The notes under the pieces: generated by a model | The model's database searches: none | What the model was told of the DNA's origin: nothing | What the model saw: only the letters and a program-made list of their open reading frames with translations | Position numbers and translations under genes: made by a program | Shown here: one piece after another, positions 18,311-28,306 of the stretch | Layout: each line of letters opens with the position of its first letter | Numbering within the stretch: position 1 is the first letter of the stretch | From: an uncultured Bdellovibrionales bacterium | Lineage (GTDB): Bacteria > Bdellovibrionota > Bdellovibrionia > Bdellovibrionales > JAMPXM01 | Reading direction: 5' to 3' | Assembly (NCBI GenBank): GCA_937927435.1 | Contig: CALBDW010000143.1 | Location: 1-59,507 of the forward strand | DNA: 59,507 nucleotides

Positions 18311-20524
18311 ATGGTTGAGAAGTTCTATGACGACGCGATAGGCACGCGGAGTCCGAAGACGTTCGAGGAACTTTGCGAGAAGATTAAGGGGTATTTCCCG
18401 GGCGCCGATCTCTCACTCATCGAAAAAGCCTACAAGTTTTCCGAGCAAGCGCACGCCGGTCAAATCCGCCGTAGCGGGGAGCCGTACATTTCTCATCCGC
18501 TGGGTGTTGCCGCGATCCTCGCTGACCTTCGGCTCGATCTCGCTTCCATCGCGACGGGCCTCTTGCACGACACAGTCGAAGACACGCACGCAACCCTCGA
18601 AGATATTGAACGAGAATTCGGCAAAACCATCGCGGAACTCGTCGACGGCGTGACGAAAATTTCCAAGATGAATTTCCGTCACACACACGAAAAGCAGGGC
18701 GAGAACATCCGCAAGATGATCGTCGCGATGGGGAAGGACGTGCGGGTGATCCTCGTCAAGCTCGCGGACAGGCTGCACAACATGCGCAGCCTCAACCACA
18801 TGCCGCCGGATAAACAAAAGCAGATCGCGCAGGAGACTTTGGATATTTACGCGCCGCTGGCGGGACGCCTGGGGATCATGTCGCTCAAAGTGGAGCTTGA
18901 GGATCTGAGCTTTCGCTATTCGAACCCGGACGCCTATTACCAGCTCGTGCAGAAAGTCGAGATGAAGTCGAAGGAGCGCGACCGGTATATAGAGGAAACA
19001 AAGAAGATCCTGAGCACTGAGCTAGCGGCGCGCACGAAGATGAAGTTCGAGGTGTATGGGCGGCCGAAGCATCTCTATTCGATTTACCGGAAGATGCAGG
19101 CGAGAAACCTCGATTACGACCAGATCTACGATATTCTCGCCTTCCGCGTGATCGTCGGCACCGTAAGCGAATGTTACGAGGTTTTGGGTCACGTGCACGC
19201 CCTTTGGAAACCGATCCCGGGCCGCTTCAAAGACTTCATCGCCATGCCTAAGGTCAATAATTACCAGTCGCTGCATACGACGGTGATCGGACCGGGCGGC
19301 GAACGGATCGAAATTCAGATCCGCACGCGCGAGATGCATGAAGTGGCCGAGCGCGGGATCGCGGCCCACTGGAAGTATAAAGAGGGAAAGACGGGAAGCG
19401 ATATCAACGACCAGAAGTTCGAGTGGTTGCGAGAACTCGTTTCTTTGCACCAGCAGGTGCGCAACTCGGACGAGTTTTTGGAAACGGTCAAAACCGACCT
19501 GTTTGACCGCGAGATCTACGTTTTCACACCGAAGGGAGATGTGCGCGAATTGCCGGACGGGGCGACTCCGATCGACTTCGCGTACGCCGTTCATACCGAT
19601 ATCGGCAACCATTGCGCCGCTGCGCGCGTGAACGGTCGTTTGGTGCCGCTGAAAACCCGCTTGAAATCGGGCGATACGATCGAGGTCATCACAAGCGCTC
19701 ACCAGCAGCCGTCGAAAGACTGGCTGAAGTACTGCGTGACGCCTCGGGCGAAGGCGAAGATCCGCTGGTTCGTGAAGAACGAGCAGCGGAAACGCGCGCT
19801 GGAACTCGGGCGCGAGATTCTCGAGAAAGAGTTCCGCAAGTTTGGGCATAACCTGCAGAAGGTTCTTAAGGAGACGGCAGGACTGCAGGAAAAACTCCGC
19901 TCTCTGGGTGCGAACGATGCGGACGATCTATTTATTCAGGTCGGCTTCGGTCGCTTGGTCGCGAAAGACGTCGTCCAAAAGTTCTTCCCCGACGCGAAAG
20001 CGGTCGAGGAGGAGAAGCCGACCTTTTTACAAAGGGTCGTTCAAAGCGCCGCCAACAAGGCGAAGAAGGCGAAATCCATCATCCGTGTCGACGGCATGGA
20101 TGACATGCTCGTGCGATTCGGCAAATGCTGTAACCCGATCCCGGGCGACCCGATCGTCGGCTTCATCACCCGCGGGCGGGGTATCACGATTCATAAGGCC
20201 GATTGCGAGCGCGCGTTCGAGGTCGAAGATGCCCGTCGGATCGACGCCGAGTGGACGGTGAGTTCAGTGCCTGAAGGTATCGAGCGGGTCGTGCGGGTAC
20301 GCGTGATCAGCCACGATATTCCGGGGCTTCTCAAGCTCATGTCCGAAGCCTTCAGCGCCCGCAATATCAATATTCATAACGCCCAAATCCGGACCACTAA
20401 GGACAAGAAAGCGATCTGTATTTTCGATGTGAATGTCCGCGATACGAACCAGCTGTCGCAGGTGATGCAGGATCTTCAGAAGATCAATGGGATTATCGGT
20501 GTGACCCGTGTCGCGCACGTATAA
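18311..20524 (+). CDS. rel: Bifunctional (p)ppGpp synthetase/hydrolase (long RSH)
   Basis: Intact HD hydrolase (HPLGV, LHDTVED); synthetase RFKD, YQSLHT, EIQIRT; TGS, CCNP and ACT domains. Confidence 0.98.
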   Translation: MVEKFYDDAIGTRSPKTFEELCEKIKGYFPGADLSLIEKAYKFSEQAHAGQIRRSGEPYISHPLGVAAILADLRLDLASIATGLLHDTVEDTHATLEDIEREFGKTIAELVDGVTKISKMNFRHTHEKQGENIRKMIVAMGKDVRVILVKLADRLHNMRSLNHMPPDKQKQIAQETLDIYAPLAGRLGIMSLKVELEDLSFRYSNPDAYYQLVQKVEMKSKERDRYIEETKKILSTELAARTKMKFEVYGRPKHLYSIYRKMQARNLDYDQIYDILAFRVIVGTVSECYEVLGHVHALWKPIPGRFKDFIAMPKVNNYQSLHTTVIGPGGERIEIQIRTREMHEVAERGIAAHWKYKEGKTGSDINDQKFEWLRELVSLHQQVRNSDEFLETVKTDLFDREIYVFTPKGDVRELPDGATPIDFAYAVHTDIGNHCAAARVNGRLVPLKTRLKSGDTIEVITSAHQQPSKDWLKYCVTPRAKAKIRWFVKNEQRKRALELGREILEKEFRKFGHNLQKVLKETAGLQEKLRSLGANDADDLFIQVGFGRLVAKDVVQKFFPDAKAVEEEKPTFLQRVVQSAANKAKKAKSIIRVDGMDDMLVRFGKCCNPIPGDPIVGFITRGRGITIHKADCERAFEVEDARRIDAEWTVSSVPEGIERVVRVRVISHDIPGLLKLMSEAFSARNINIHNAQIRTTKDKKAICIFDVNVRDTNQLSQVMQDLQKINGIIGVTRVAHV

Positions 20525-20553
20525 AAAAACCGGAGTCCTATGAGAGCCTCCGG
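20523..20553 (-). terminator. Intrinsic terminator for the minus-strand gene at 20684-21571
   Basis: CCGGAG/CTCCGG stem (20530-20535/20548-20553) with an A7 run that reads as a U-tract on the minus strand. Confidence 0.65.
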
Positions 20554-20683
20554 CTGAAAGAAGTCCGTTGGATGAAGCGGATTAATTCCGAGTGCAGCTT
20601 ATCTGTTTTGAGGGGCTTATAAAAACCTTGAGATATTAATGGGTTAGCAATCGTAAAATTTTTTACCCGCAAAGATAAGTACG

Positions 20684-21571
20684 TCAGAACTGCCAACCGA
20701 AGCCGCCGCGCAGGGAGATCACGTTGGTGTTAACGCTCGAGGAGGGCGGGAACAGGCTGTACTCCACGTGCGCGGTCGCGTACATGCCGTCCATCCATTT
20801 GTAGTTCATGCCCACACTGGCGAAGAAAACGCTCGTCATCGCGATTTTGGTTTCGTCGAGAATCGTGGAGCTTTTCGAGAGGGGATAGTGGATTCCCAAT
20901 CCTCCGGCCGCGAAGGGAACGAAGGTTCCTTCACTGAAGGCGTAGCGGAGTAAAGCGTCGGCGGTGAGATACATGATGCTTGTTCTTTCTCCATCGCCCG
21001 AAAGTTCGAGTTGTTCGATTCCGCCGCGGGCGATGAACCCTAAGCGTCCGGAAAGCGGCATGTCGGTGAAAGCTTTGGCGCTAAACCCGGAGCCGGACAT
21101 CGGAACCGAGCGGTTGTTGACCGTGACGGTTTGCGAGTCCATCGCGTACCCGATGAGTCCCCCGATGATCGTCGGCGAGATGGCCACGATATCGGAATCG
21201 TACGCGCTGCGCGTGCGCCTTTTGCGTGGTTTTCTCACCGACTCGTCGTCTGCGACGGACGAGCGGCTTTTCCGAACCGGCTCGAGGGAGGCGTCCGGCG
21301 CGGCCTTCCCCTTCGTAATGACACCGACGGATTTTTTGCCGCGGACTCTGGTGATTTGAACGACCGCCCGCCGTTTGCCGTTGATCACCACGAAGTATTT
21401 TTCGCCGACTTTGACATCGGTGTCTTCGTTATTGATGACGACTTGTTTACCTTTTACTCTTTCGACATAAGCGGCTTCGCCCTTCGCGGCGAAGAGCACG
21501 ATCAAGAGGAAGAGAGCCGGGACAAGAGTGCGCAAGAAGCCGGTCCGTCGAAACATAAAGCCTCCGGGCAT
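20684..21571 (-). CDS. Exported protein: small N-terminal beta domain, basic linker and outer-membrane beta-barrel
   Basis: Signal peptide ending GEA-A; amphipathic strands; ends GGFGWQF. Confidence 0.75.
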   Translation of the reverse strand: MPGGFMFRRTGFLRTLVPALFLLIVLFAAKGEAAYVERVKGKQVVINNEDTDVKVGEKYFVVINGKRRAVVQITRVRGKKSVGVITKGKAAPDASLEPVRKSRSSVADDESVRKPRKRRTRSAYDSDIVAISPTIIGGLIGYAMDSQTVTVNNRSVPMSGSGFSAKAFTDMPLSGRLGFIARGGIEQLELSGDGERTSIMYLTADALLRYAFSEGTFVPFAAGGLGIHYPLSKSSTILDETKIAMTSVFFASVGMNYKWMDGMYATAHVEYSLFPPSSSVNTNVISLRGGFGWQF

Positions 21572-21628
21572 ACTCCATATGTTAAAGAATTCTCGCTTCT
21601 GGCTCCATTTTCTCGAATGTGGACTGGA

Positions 21629-22005
21629 TCATAATCCAGATGTGTTCGAGACAAATGTCTCGATGTGGAGCCTGCCCGCGTTCACGACTTCATCCGCCGG
21701 GAACGTTCCGCGGAACTGAAGGCGGCAATATGCGACTGTGCCATCTTCCACGCGTTTATAAATTAACACGTCGGATACGCCCCTATGAAAATGGACATGG
21801 ACCGCTTCGTCCCGTATGGCTTCCTCCGCGCTTGTGATATCGCATTCCATGCTTTCCGGAACGGCGGCCGGTTTCGGGGTGGGCTTCGTGTAAAGATGCC
21901 CTTTGGAATTGAACTCCTCGCGATCAGAGGATTGGTAAGGCGTGCACCCGCAGAGCAAATCGCGGATAAGAGAAGGACGGACCTGAAGCTGTTTGAGAAC
22001 GCCAT
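21629..22005 (-). pseudogene. Small lipoprotein gene split by an apparent 1-nt deletion (or a sequencing error)
   Basis: The ATG 22005 frame gives signal-like MAFSNSFRSVLLLSAI; adding one T near 21958 joins it to LLCGC-TPYQSSDREEF..., the 109-aa ORF. Confidence 0.55.
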
Positions 22006-22045
22006 GAGAACATTCTCGGCTGGTGAGCGCGGGAGTTCAACGGAT

Positions 22046-22077
22046 AAAAAAGCGAGGCCGGGTTGCAGCCTCGCTTT
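22046..22077 (-). terminator. Intrinsic terminator of ssb
   Basis: 10-bp stem AAAGCGAGGC/GCCTCGCTTT ending in U6 on the minus strand. Confidence 0.85.
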
Positions 22078-22103
22078 GCTTGGTTGAATTCGATGTTCGC
22101 TTC

Positions 22104-22532
22104 TTAGAACGGGATTTCTTCGGAACTGTCGAAGGAAGGTTCCGGACCGAAATCGGGAGTGAAATCGTCAACGCGCGATTGGCTTTCTGCCGAACGCTCG
22201 CTCGGAGAGCCGAGGAACTGAACGGTGTTGGCGACAATTTCCGTTGCGTAGCGCTTTTGTCCTTGTTGGTCTTCCCACGAGCGGGTTTGCAAACGGCCTT
22301 CGACGTAGACTTGGCGTCCCTTTGCGAGATGTTTGCCGCAGATTTCGGCTAGCCGGCCCCACACAACGACTCGGTGCCATTCGGTGCGCTCTTGCCGTTG
22401 ACCGTCTTTGTCCACCCAGTTTTCGCTGGTGGCGATGCTAAGGCGGGTGACGGTGCCGCCGTTTCCAACGGTCCGCATTTCTGGATCCGCACCAAGACGA
22501 CCTATAAGGATAACTTTATTAACTCCTGACAT
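22104..22532 (-). CDS. ssb: Single-stranded DNA-binding protein
   Basis: [32 protein letters not shown], acidic tail EEIPF. Confidence 0.99.
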   Translation of the reverse strand: MSGVNKVILIGRLGADPEMRTVGNGGTVTRLSIATSENWVDKDGQRQERTEWHRVVVWGRLAEICGKHLAKGRQVYVEGRLQTRSWEDQQGQKRYATEIVANTVQFLGSPSERSAESQSRVDDFTPDFGPEPSFDSSEEIPF

Positions 22533-22768
22533 GAATACTCCTTGTCTCGTTTACCATCCGAGACGACAAACGTAATGAGGCTTCAGGGCATATTTATGTG
22601 ACCCGCCAGCCGGTTTTGGTCCCAAATTAGGCCCTTACTCGGAGGCCGGGTCAAATGGTTTGGCGAATGACACGGCTTTGCATGGCTCCCACGCGGGCTA
22701 TGGAAGGAGGGAGCCTCGTTATTCTAGAGACTTAATGCGCTGCTTGAAGCTGCTGAGCGAGGGGACGC

Positions 22769-23773
22769 TCAGAGCGGCGTAAAAGTGGGCATCTCCCCGG
22801 GCCTGTTGATTCTCATTCGGAAGGCCAAACGGGTGCCGGCGGGAGTTTCTTGTTTCGCGTTGGGTGGAATCAGGATCAGGAAACCTCCGAGGACGCTTTT
22901 TTGATTCCGTTCCATGAAGTTCTTGTCCACGTTGAGGTCCATCTCGAAATTTGCTTGGGTCATTTCCGGAAAGACGCCGCCCGGCGTGCGCCGGAACCTG
23001 AGACCTAGGGTTCCTTTGATCTTTCCTTTCACGTCACTTTTGGCGTCGCCGATCGTGGCTTCTTGAATCTCAAGCACTCCGTCGTTCAGCTTGGCGCTCT
23101 TGATATTGATGCGGCCGAGGTTGAGGGGCGGAAGCTGTTGTTGGACAGGAACGCCGTTAAAGTTGATGGTGATGGTTTGTCCGGGGAGGGCGAACCTCGG
23201 GGCCTCGAGGCTGAGTTCGCCGATCGGCTGTTCCGTGAACTGTGGGTCAACGCTCGCGTTCAAGTTTGTCGTCACCTTGCCTTCGAGTTTGACGGGCAGC
23301 ATGCCCGCGTCGCGCAGGTATTTGCTCAACGCTTCGAGGTCGAGGTTGTCCGCGCGGAGATGGATGTCCTCCCGGCGGGAACCGGCCTGGGTTTTGGCGC
23401 CTTGGCTATAGGTGATATCGACGTTGCCTTTAAAGAGGTCCGTGATAGATGCGTTGGCTCCGAGTTTGAAGCCTAAAAGCTTCGTGAGCGCGACCGACGC
23501 TTCGATCGATTCAGCGTCGAGAGCAGGAACGCCGCGCGGTTCGATGCGGATTTCATGCGCCTCGAATCCGGGTGCCGGCAAAAGATCGAAATCGAGTTCA
23601 TCGAACTGGATGTAGACGCCTGTTGCGCGCACGATCTGTGCTGTGATGAGGTCGGCTAAATCCGTACGCGGGAAGAGCAGGGCGAAAAAGAGCAAAGCGA
23701 AGATGATGACCGCAAGAATCTTCAACTTATGGTGTCCGAACAGAGTTGTGATCGCTTGAATGATTTGCCCCAC
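22769..23773 (-). CDS. gspN: Type II secretion system protein N
   Basis: Last gene of the gsp operon; N-terminal TM then FALLFP..DL and a beta-rich periplasmic region. Confidence 0.75.
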   Translation of the reverse strand: MGQIIQAITTLFGHHKLKILAVIIFALLFFALLFPRTDLADLITAQIVRATGVYIQFDELDFDLLPAPGFEAHEIRIEPRGVPALDAESIEASVALTKLLGFKLGANASITDLFKGNVDITYSQGAKTQAGSRREDIHLRADNLDLEALSKYLRDAGMLPVKLEGKVTTNLNASVDPQFTEQPIGELSLEAPRFALPGQTITINFNGVPVQQQLPPLNLGRINIKSAKLNDGVLEIQEATIGDAKSDVKGKIKGTLGLRFRRTPGGVFPEMTQANFEMDLNVDKNFMERNQKSVLGGFLILIPPNAKQETPAGTRLAFRMRINRPGEMPTFTPL

Positions 23774-23791
23774 GGTCGCTTGACTCCTCTT

Positions 23792-24466
23792 TTACTGGCG
23801 TCGGCCCGCCCCCGGACGGTTCGGTGCGGACGATTCTTGGGCGGAGGGGACGCCGAACGCGACAAGCTTGTAAGTTACGTCGAAGTAATGCGGGTCTTGG
23901 GCCGAAGCTTCGATTTTAAGCCCGGTCATTTTGATCGTCGGGCGAATGCCTTGTAAGCGGCCGCCGATGCGCGCGATTTGGTCGACGTTCAAGCGCGACA
24001 AGTTCACGGCGACGCCTTTTTGCTCGAGACTCCTCGGCAGAGTGGCCCCTTGCGCTCGCGTGTTGTCGAATTCGGTGATCGAAACGATTTGCTCGGACAA
24101 AAGCGATGGCCGCTCGCTGTTTAAAATGCCTTGGACCGCGGATCTTAATTCGTCCGCCGACATAGGGGCCGGGGCCGGAGGAAGGGCGTTCACGCGGCGG
24201 GAGAGCCGGTAAAGATCGCGCATCATTTGCTTCTTTTCCTCGAAGTAAGCGACGCTCTCTTGCGAAGATGAGAAGAAATAATAGGGGATTGAGAAAAGAA
24301 CGAGCGCGAAAATTCCTCCGGTGAGTGCTAAAACGGCTTTTTGCACGGGAGGGTTCAAGTCAAGGTAGCGGTCCATGAGTTCGTTCCAAGCGGAACTCTC
24401 CTGGATCTTCACCTTGAGCGAAGTCAGCTGGTCGCGCAGTTGATCTTTCAGATCTTCAAAAGCCAT
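23792..24466 (-). CDS. gspM: Type II secretion system protein M-like
   Basis: Single TM after a short cytoplasmic segment, coiled coil, C-terminal ferredoxin-like pattern; position after gspL. Confidence 0.75.
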   Translation of the reverse strand: MAFEDLKDQLRDQLTSLKVKIQESSAWNELMDRYLDLNPPVQKAVLALTGGIFALVLFSIPYYFFSSSQESVAYFEEKKQMMRDLYRLSRRVNALPPAPAPMSADELRSAVQGILNSERPSLLSEQIVSITEFDNTRAQGATLPRSLEQKGVAVNLSRLNVDQIARIGGRLQGIRPTIKMTGLKIEASAQDPHYFDVTYKLVAFGVPSAQESSAPNRPGAGRRQ

Positions 24467-24478
24467 TTTCGTTCCTTG

Positions 24479-26137
24479 TTAGTCGCGGCGTCTGATTTTC
24501 ATTTTGTAGCCGAAAGGCGTTCCTCCGGTCACATTGCCCGGACCGATTTTCGCAACCGAGCCGGGTACGGCGACTTCTTCAAGAGCTTTTTCGATCAAAA
24601 CCACTTGGGCCAAGCTTTGTGCCCGGCCCCGGATCGTGAGTTCCTCGTTGTCGATTTCCAGGAAGACGACGTCGTAACCTTGGTTAGGATCGTTTTTCGG
24701 CATCTTTTCCGATAATTTCGCGAGAACGTCGGCCGCCGAAATGTAATCATCCAGTTGCGAAAGGGCGTCTTGGTTTTTCAGACGGTCTTTTTGCGTGCGG
24801 ATGTAGCGCTGAATATTGACTTCAGTGAGTTGTCCTCCGCGTAGGTTCGCGGCTTTCGTTGCGGCTTCCTTCAATTGCTCGTCCGCGGCGTCTACGAGGC
24901 CTGCAGCGAGTTGGTCTCTCACGATCGAATACACGAAGAAGGCGACGAAGGCGGCGACAGCCACGTGAACTGGGACCCGCCACTTTTCCCAGAAACGTTT
25001 GAGCGCGACGTTTTCGCGTTCAAATTCTCCGCGGCGCAAATTGATCGCCGGGTTGCGCGGCCGCTTTAGGCCTTCAATCGCGAGGCCGAGAGCCGGTCCC
25101 GCAACCGCTTCCATCTGCGGTGTGACTTCAAAGCGAGTCGGTTTGTCGAGCAATGGCGTGAGATTCGCGTTCACGGGAATCTCGAGGCCTTGCGTCAGAT
25201 ACGCGCCCAAGTTCTGGATTCGGCTGACGCCGCCGTCGAGCTGGATCTCGCGGTAGTTGAGATTGAACTCCGATTTGATCTCGAGCAAGGAGAGCTTGAG
25301 TTCCTTAATGAGGAGGTCCACCTGCGAGGAAATCGCTTGCGAGAGCCGGAGTTGGTCGCGGCTCGCCCCCGTGCTGTTCATGAGGATGAAGCCGTTTGAT
25401 GTGAGGGTTTTCGTGGCCTCGAAGACAGAAATGCCGAAGTCGCGCGCGATGCTGTCGATGATGTCCCGTCCGCCCCACAGGATCGCCCGTGTCGCGACCA
25501 AGGCGTCCTCGCGGTAGACGAGGAGAAGGGAGTGCGAATGCCCGATGTGGAGGATCGCATGGGCGGAGGCGGCGGGCGGCGGAGCCTGGCCTTCTTCACT
25601 TTCGGGGATTTCCTTCGGGGGAAGAGCCGGGGGAGACGCGTCCCACTTTTCGAAAATATTGGCGTAAGCAAGCCCTTCGACGGAGACGATGTCGGGATCG
25701 AAGCCGCCGTCTTTGCAGACGTTGAGCGCTTCTTCGACCGAATCCTTGGGGCAGGCGACGCTGAGAATTTCGGCGTTCGGTCCCAATGTCTGAATGAGTT
25801 TGAAATCGAAGACTGTGTCGTCGACGTCGAGAGGAATGTCGTCTTCAAGCTCGAACGGCAGACTTTTCAGGATCTTAGTGCGTTCCTTGAAAGGAAACGT
25901 TTTAAAGTGAACGCTCACGCGTTCTTGGGGAACGCCGATCACCCAATGCGTCTGGTTGGGGTCGTAATTGACCGAGAAATTCCTCAAGGTCTCGATGATG
26001 TCGAGGCCCCGGTCACGGTTCGGGTCTTGCGAGAGCGGAAACTCGAAGAAATTGGTGAAGACATAGCCCTTCGACTTTTTCTCGAGCTCCGCGATCTTGA
26101 TGCTGTAACTGCCGAGGTCGACGCCAAGGACTTTCAT
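24479..26137 (-). CDS. gspL: Type II secretion system protein L with a PilM-like actin-fold cytoplasmic domain
   Basis: MKVLGVDLGSYSIKIAEL and DGGVSRIQNL (PilM-like); TM near residue 395; PilN-like periplasmic tail. Confidence 0.85.
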   Translation of the reverse strand: MKVLGVDLGSYSIKIAELEKKSKGYVFTNFFEFPLSQDPNRDRGLDIIETLRNFSVNYDPNQTHWVIGVPQERVSVHFKTFPFKERTKILKSLPFELEDDIPLDVDDTVFDFKLIQTLGPNAEILSVACPKDSVEEALNVCKDGGFDPDIVSVEGLAYANIFEKWDASPPALPPKEIPESEEGQAPPPAASAHAILHIGHSHSLLLVYREDALVATRAILWGGRDIIDSIARDFGISVFEATKTLTSNGFILMNSTGASRDQLRLSQAISSQVDLLIKELKLSLLEIKSEFNLNYREIQLDGGVSRIQNLGAYLTQGLEIPVNANLTPLLDKPTRFEVTPQMEAVAGPALGLAIEGLKRPRNPAINLRRGEFERENVALKRFWEKWRVPVHVAVAAFVAFFVYSIVRDQLAAGLVDAADEQLKEAATKAANLRGGQLTEVNIQRYIRTQKDRLKNQDALSQLDDYISAADVLAKLSEKMPKNDPNQGYDVVFLEIDNEELTIRGRAQSLAQVVLIEKALEEVAVPGSVAKIGPGNVTGGTPFGYKMKIRRRD

Positions 26138-26177
26138 GCTGCTTAAGGCCTCCGGTCTCAATAAATTCTACTGTGCC

Positions 26178-27443
26178 TTAGGTTTCGTTCCAATAGACAA
26201 TATTCGGTCTTTCGTTTGGCACCTGTCTCGGCTGCTGAGCCGGAGTCGGCGTCGGCGTCGCTCCACCCTGAGGTCCGCCGGGGACACCGCCCGGATTGCC
26301 ACCCGGAGGCGGCGGTGTCGGCACCGGAGTCGGTGTCGGGAAAAACGACTTTAGTTGGGCAAGAACGCGGTCGTAATCGTAAACGATCGCGGTGATCGTG
26401 CGCTGAACTTTGCCCGAAACTCCCGTGCTGATGATCCGGAAGTTGAACTCGGGCTCGACCAAGATATTGATCGCCGGTTTGCCCGTCCTCGGATCGATGA
26501 GATTTTCCCTTCGTACGCCGAGGCTCGCCACGAAATCCAGAAAGCTGCCGGCGTCTTTCAAGATTGGCGTGTCTTCCTTGCTGCGTTCTTCGATCAAGCG
26601 GTCTACTTGATCCTCGGTGAGCCCGAAGGCGGCCTTAAGAACTTCGCGCGAGGCGTATTTCACGTTGATCGCCTTTGCCCCGTAAATCGTCACGCGTGGG
26701 AGGAGGATGTTGTAAAACTCGTCGGTCATCCCGTCGACCAGGTGAAGTTCTTCGAATGTCTTGAATGGTTGGTTCGGCGGAAACTTCACGGTGGCCGTGT
26801 TCAGGTGCTGATACAAAGACTGCTCATCTCCTCCTTGGTTGCCGGATTGCACGTCGTCTGGGTCGACCCAATCCTTGATGTTGTGAACCAGGCGGGTGAA
26901 ATCGTATCCCGAGTACTTGGCGGCGAACTCCTCGTCGCTTTCGAGCTTGGCTTGGAAGATGCCCACCAGTTGGTCGATCGTTTGTTGTACCATAGGCTCG
27001 TTGTTTTCGAGGGCCAAAAGTGTCAGGTCGATTTTCGAACTTTCGCTTTCAATCGTCGTAACGTACTGGCCTTCCATGTAGCTGGCTTTGACGGCGGCGT
27101 TGATCTGGTCCTTATCGACGGTTGAAATGTCTTGCGGGAGGGTCGGAGGCCAGCTGAAGGGCATCTGCCAGATCAGATCGAGCATCGGCATCTGGTTGGC
27201 CGTTTCGCCGAGGGCGGCGACGACTTTGCGGTAAATGTGAAGCCTGAGGAGGCTCAGTTCGACGCCGGCTTTGGCGGCGTAGTGCGCGCGCACCTGGTTG
27301 ACCGACTGGGAACTCACGACGAACTCGACGCTTGTCTCGTACATCACCTCGGTGGCGATGATGGTGAGCATGACGACCGTGAAAATCGCGAGCATCATCG
27401 CGGCCCCGGCCTCGTTCTTCAGGGTGGCGAGGAATTTCCTCAT
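26178..27443 (-). CDS. gspK: Minor pseudopilin GspK
   Basis: NEAG/AAMMLAIF class III signal without Glu5; ESSKIDL, DWVDPD, FKTFEELHLVDGMT; Pro/Thr-rich tail. Confidence 0.92.
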   Translation of the reverse strand: MRKFLATLKNEAGAAMMLAIFTVVMLTIIATEVMYETSVEFVVSSQSVNQVRAHYAAKAGVELSLLRLHIYRKVVAALGETANQMPMLDLIWQMPFSWPPTLPQDISTVDKDQINAAVKASYMEGQYVTTIESESSKIDLTLLALENNEPMVQQTIDQLVGIFQAKLESDEEFAAKYSGYDFTRLVHNIKDWVDPDDVQSGNQGGDEQSLYQHLNTATVKFPPNQPFKTFEELHLVDGMTDEFYNILLPRVTIYGAKAINVKYASREVLKAAFGLTEDQVDRLIEERSKEDTPILKDAGSFLDFVASLGVRRENLIDPRTGKPAINILVEPEFNFRIISTGVSGKVQRTITAIVYDYDRVLAQLKSFFPTPTPVPTPPPPGGNPGGVPGGPQGGATPTPTPAQQPRQVPNERPNIVYWNET

Positions 27444-28306
27444 TGTGGACCTCCGGGACGCGGTCTTCGCGGCGCGCCTTGTTGCCCAGGGCTCGGGCTC
27501 GGTTCCGGACGCGGATTATTCTCGAAGCGGATGGGCGCGAGGATCGTTTGCGTCGCGGGCCGGTCCTTCGGGTTGTTTTTGTCGTGCACCGTGAGCGTGA
27601 TTTCGACGGCGTAAGGGAATTTATCGCGGGTCACGTCGTTTCCGTCTTTGCCTGTCCGCCAAGTGTCCACGTAATCCTGGTGCTCTGGTCCCAAATAGCG
27701 AAGTTTGAACTCTTCCACGTTTTCAAGAAGCATGGTCTCTGGTCCCGGCTTATCGAGTTCATCGTCAAGAATGGGTGAACTTGCGCGAAAGAGACACTGG
27801 CTCGTTATGAGACCGCGCGGGCCCGGAAGTCGACACGACTTGACGTAATATCCGACCTTCGCCTGATCGCTTGTTTGCTCGTCACGAATGGTTCGCACGT
27901 TCGAGAGCGTCGTGAAGAAGAGGGAATCGGGATTCCCGATGAAGCCGGTATAGTTGGGCGGGCAGGGCTTGGGTGTCGCTGTAGGTTCAACGCCCCACGC
28001 GGCGCCTGGGGAAGAACGAGGAGGCCCTCCGGCGGCCCCTGGGGTCGGTTGTGCTTGAATCGCGTTTGTCAGTTTGCAGTGGATATCCTGATAATGGAAA
28101 GCGGCTGCGATATCCGCGCGCATGATGCGGAGGGCATCGTTGAGTCGTGACTCGCGATCGATTTCGCTCGTCACCAAATTCTTATTTGAAATTCCGGATC
28201 GAATAGCTTGTGTCGTTAGAAGAGAGAGAATCGCCATGATGGCGAGCGCCACCATCACTTCTAGAAGTGTGAAACCGGCGTGGCGAAACTTCGGGATGTG
28301 CTTCAC
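27440..28306 (-). CDS. gspJ: Minor pseudopilin GspJ
   Basis: GTG 28306 overlaps the gspI stop (GTGA); RHAG/FTLLEVMVALAIM; the ORF-track start at 28594 is an overextension. Confidence 0.92.
   Translation of the reverse strand: MKHIPKFRHAGFTLLEVMVALAIMAILSLLTTQAIRSGISNKNLVTSEIDRESRLNDALRIMRADIAAAFHYQDIHCKLTNAIQAQPTPGAAGGPPRSSPGAAWGVEPTATPKPCPPNYTGFIGNPDSLFFTTLSNVRTIRDEQTSDQAKVGYYVKSCRLPGPRGLITSQCLFRASSPILDDELDKPGPETMLLENVEEFKLRYLGPEHQDYVDTWRTGKDGNDVTRDKFPYAVEITLTVHDKNNPKDRPATQTILAPIRFENNPRPEPSPSPGQQGAPRRPRPGGPQ

Noticed and set aside
26190-26345. Pro/Thr/Gly-rich tails of GspK, GspJ and GspD with short GGAGTCGG(C/T)GTCGG repeats
   Set aside because: Ordinary low-complexity coding linkers; not an array.
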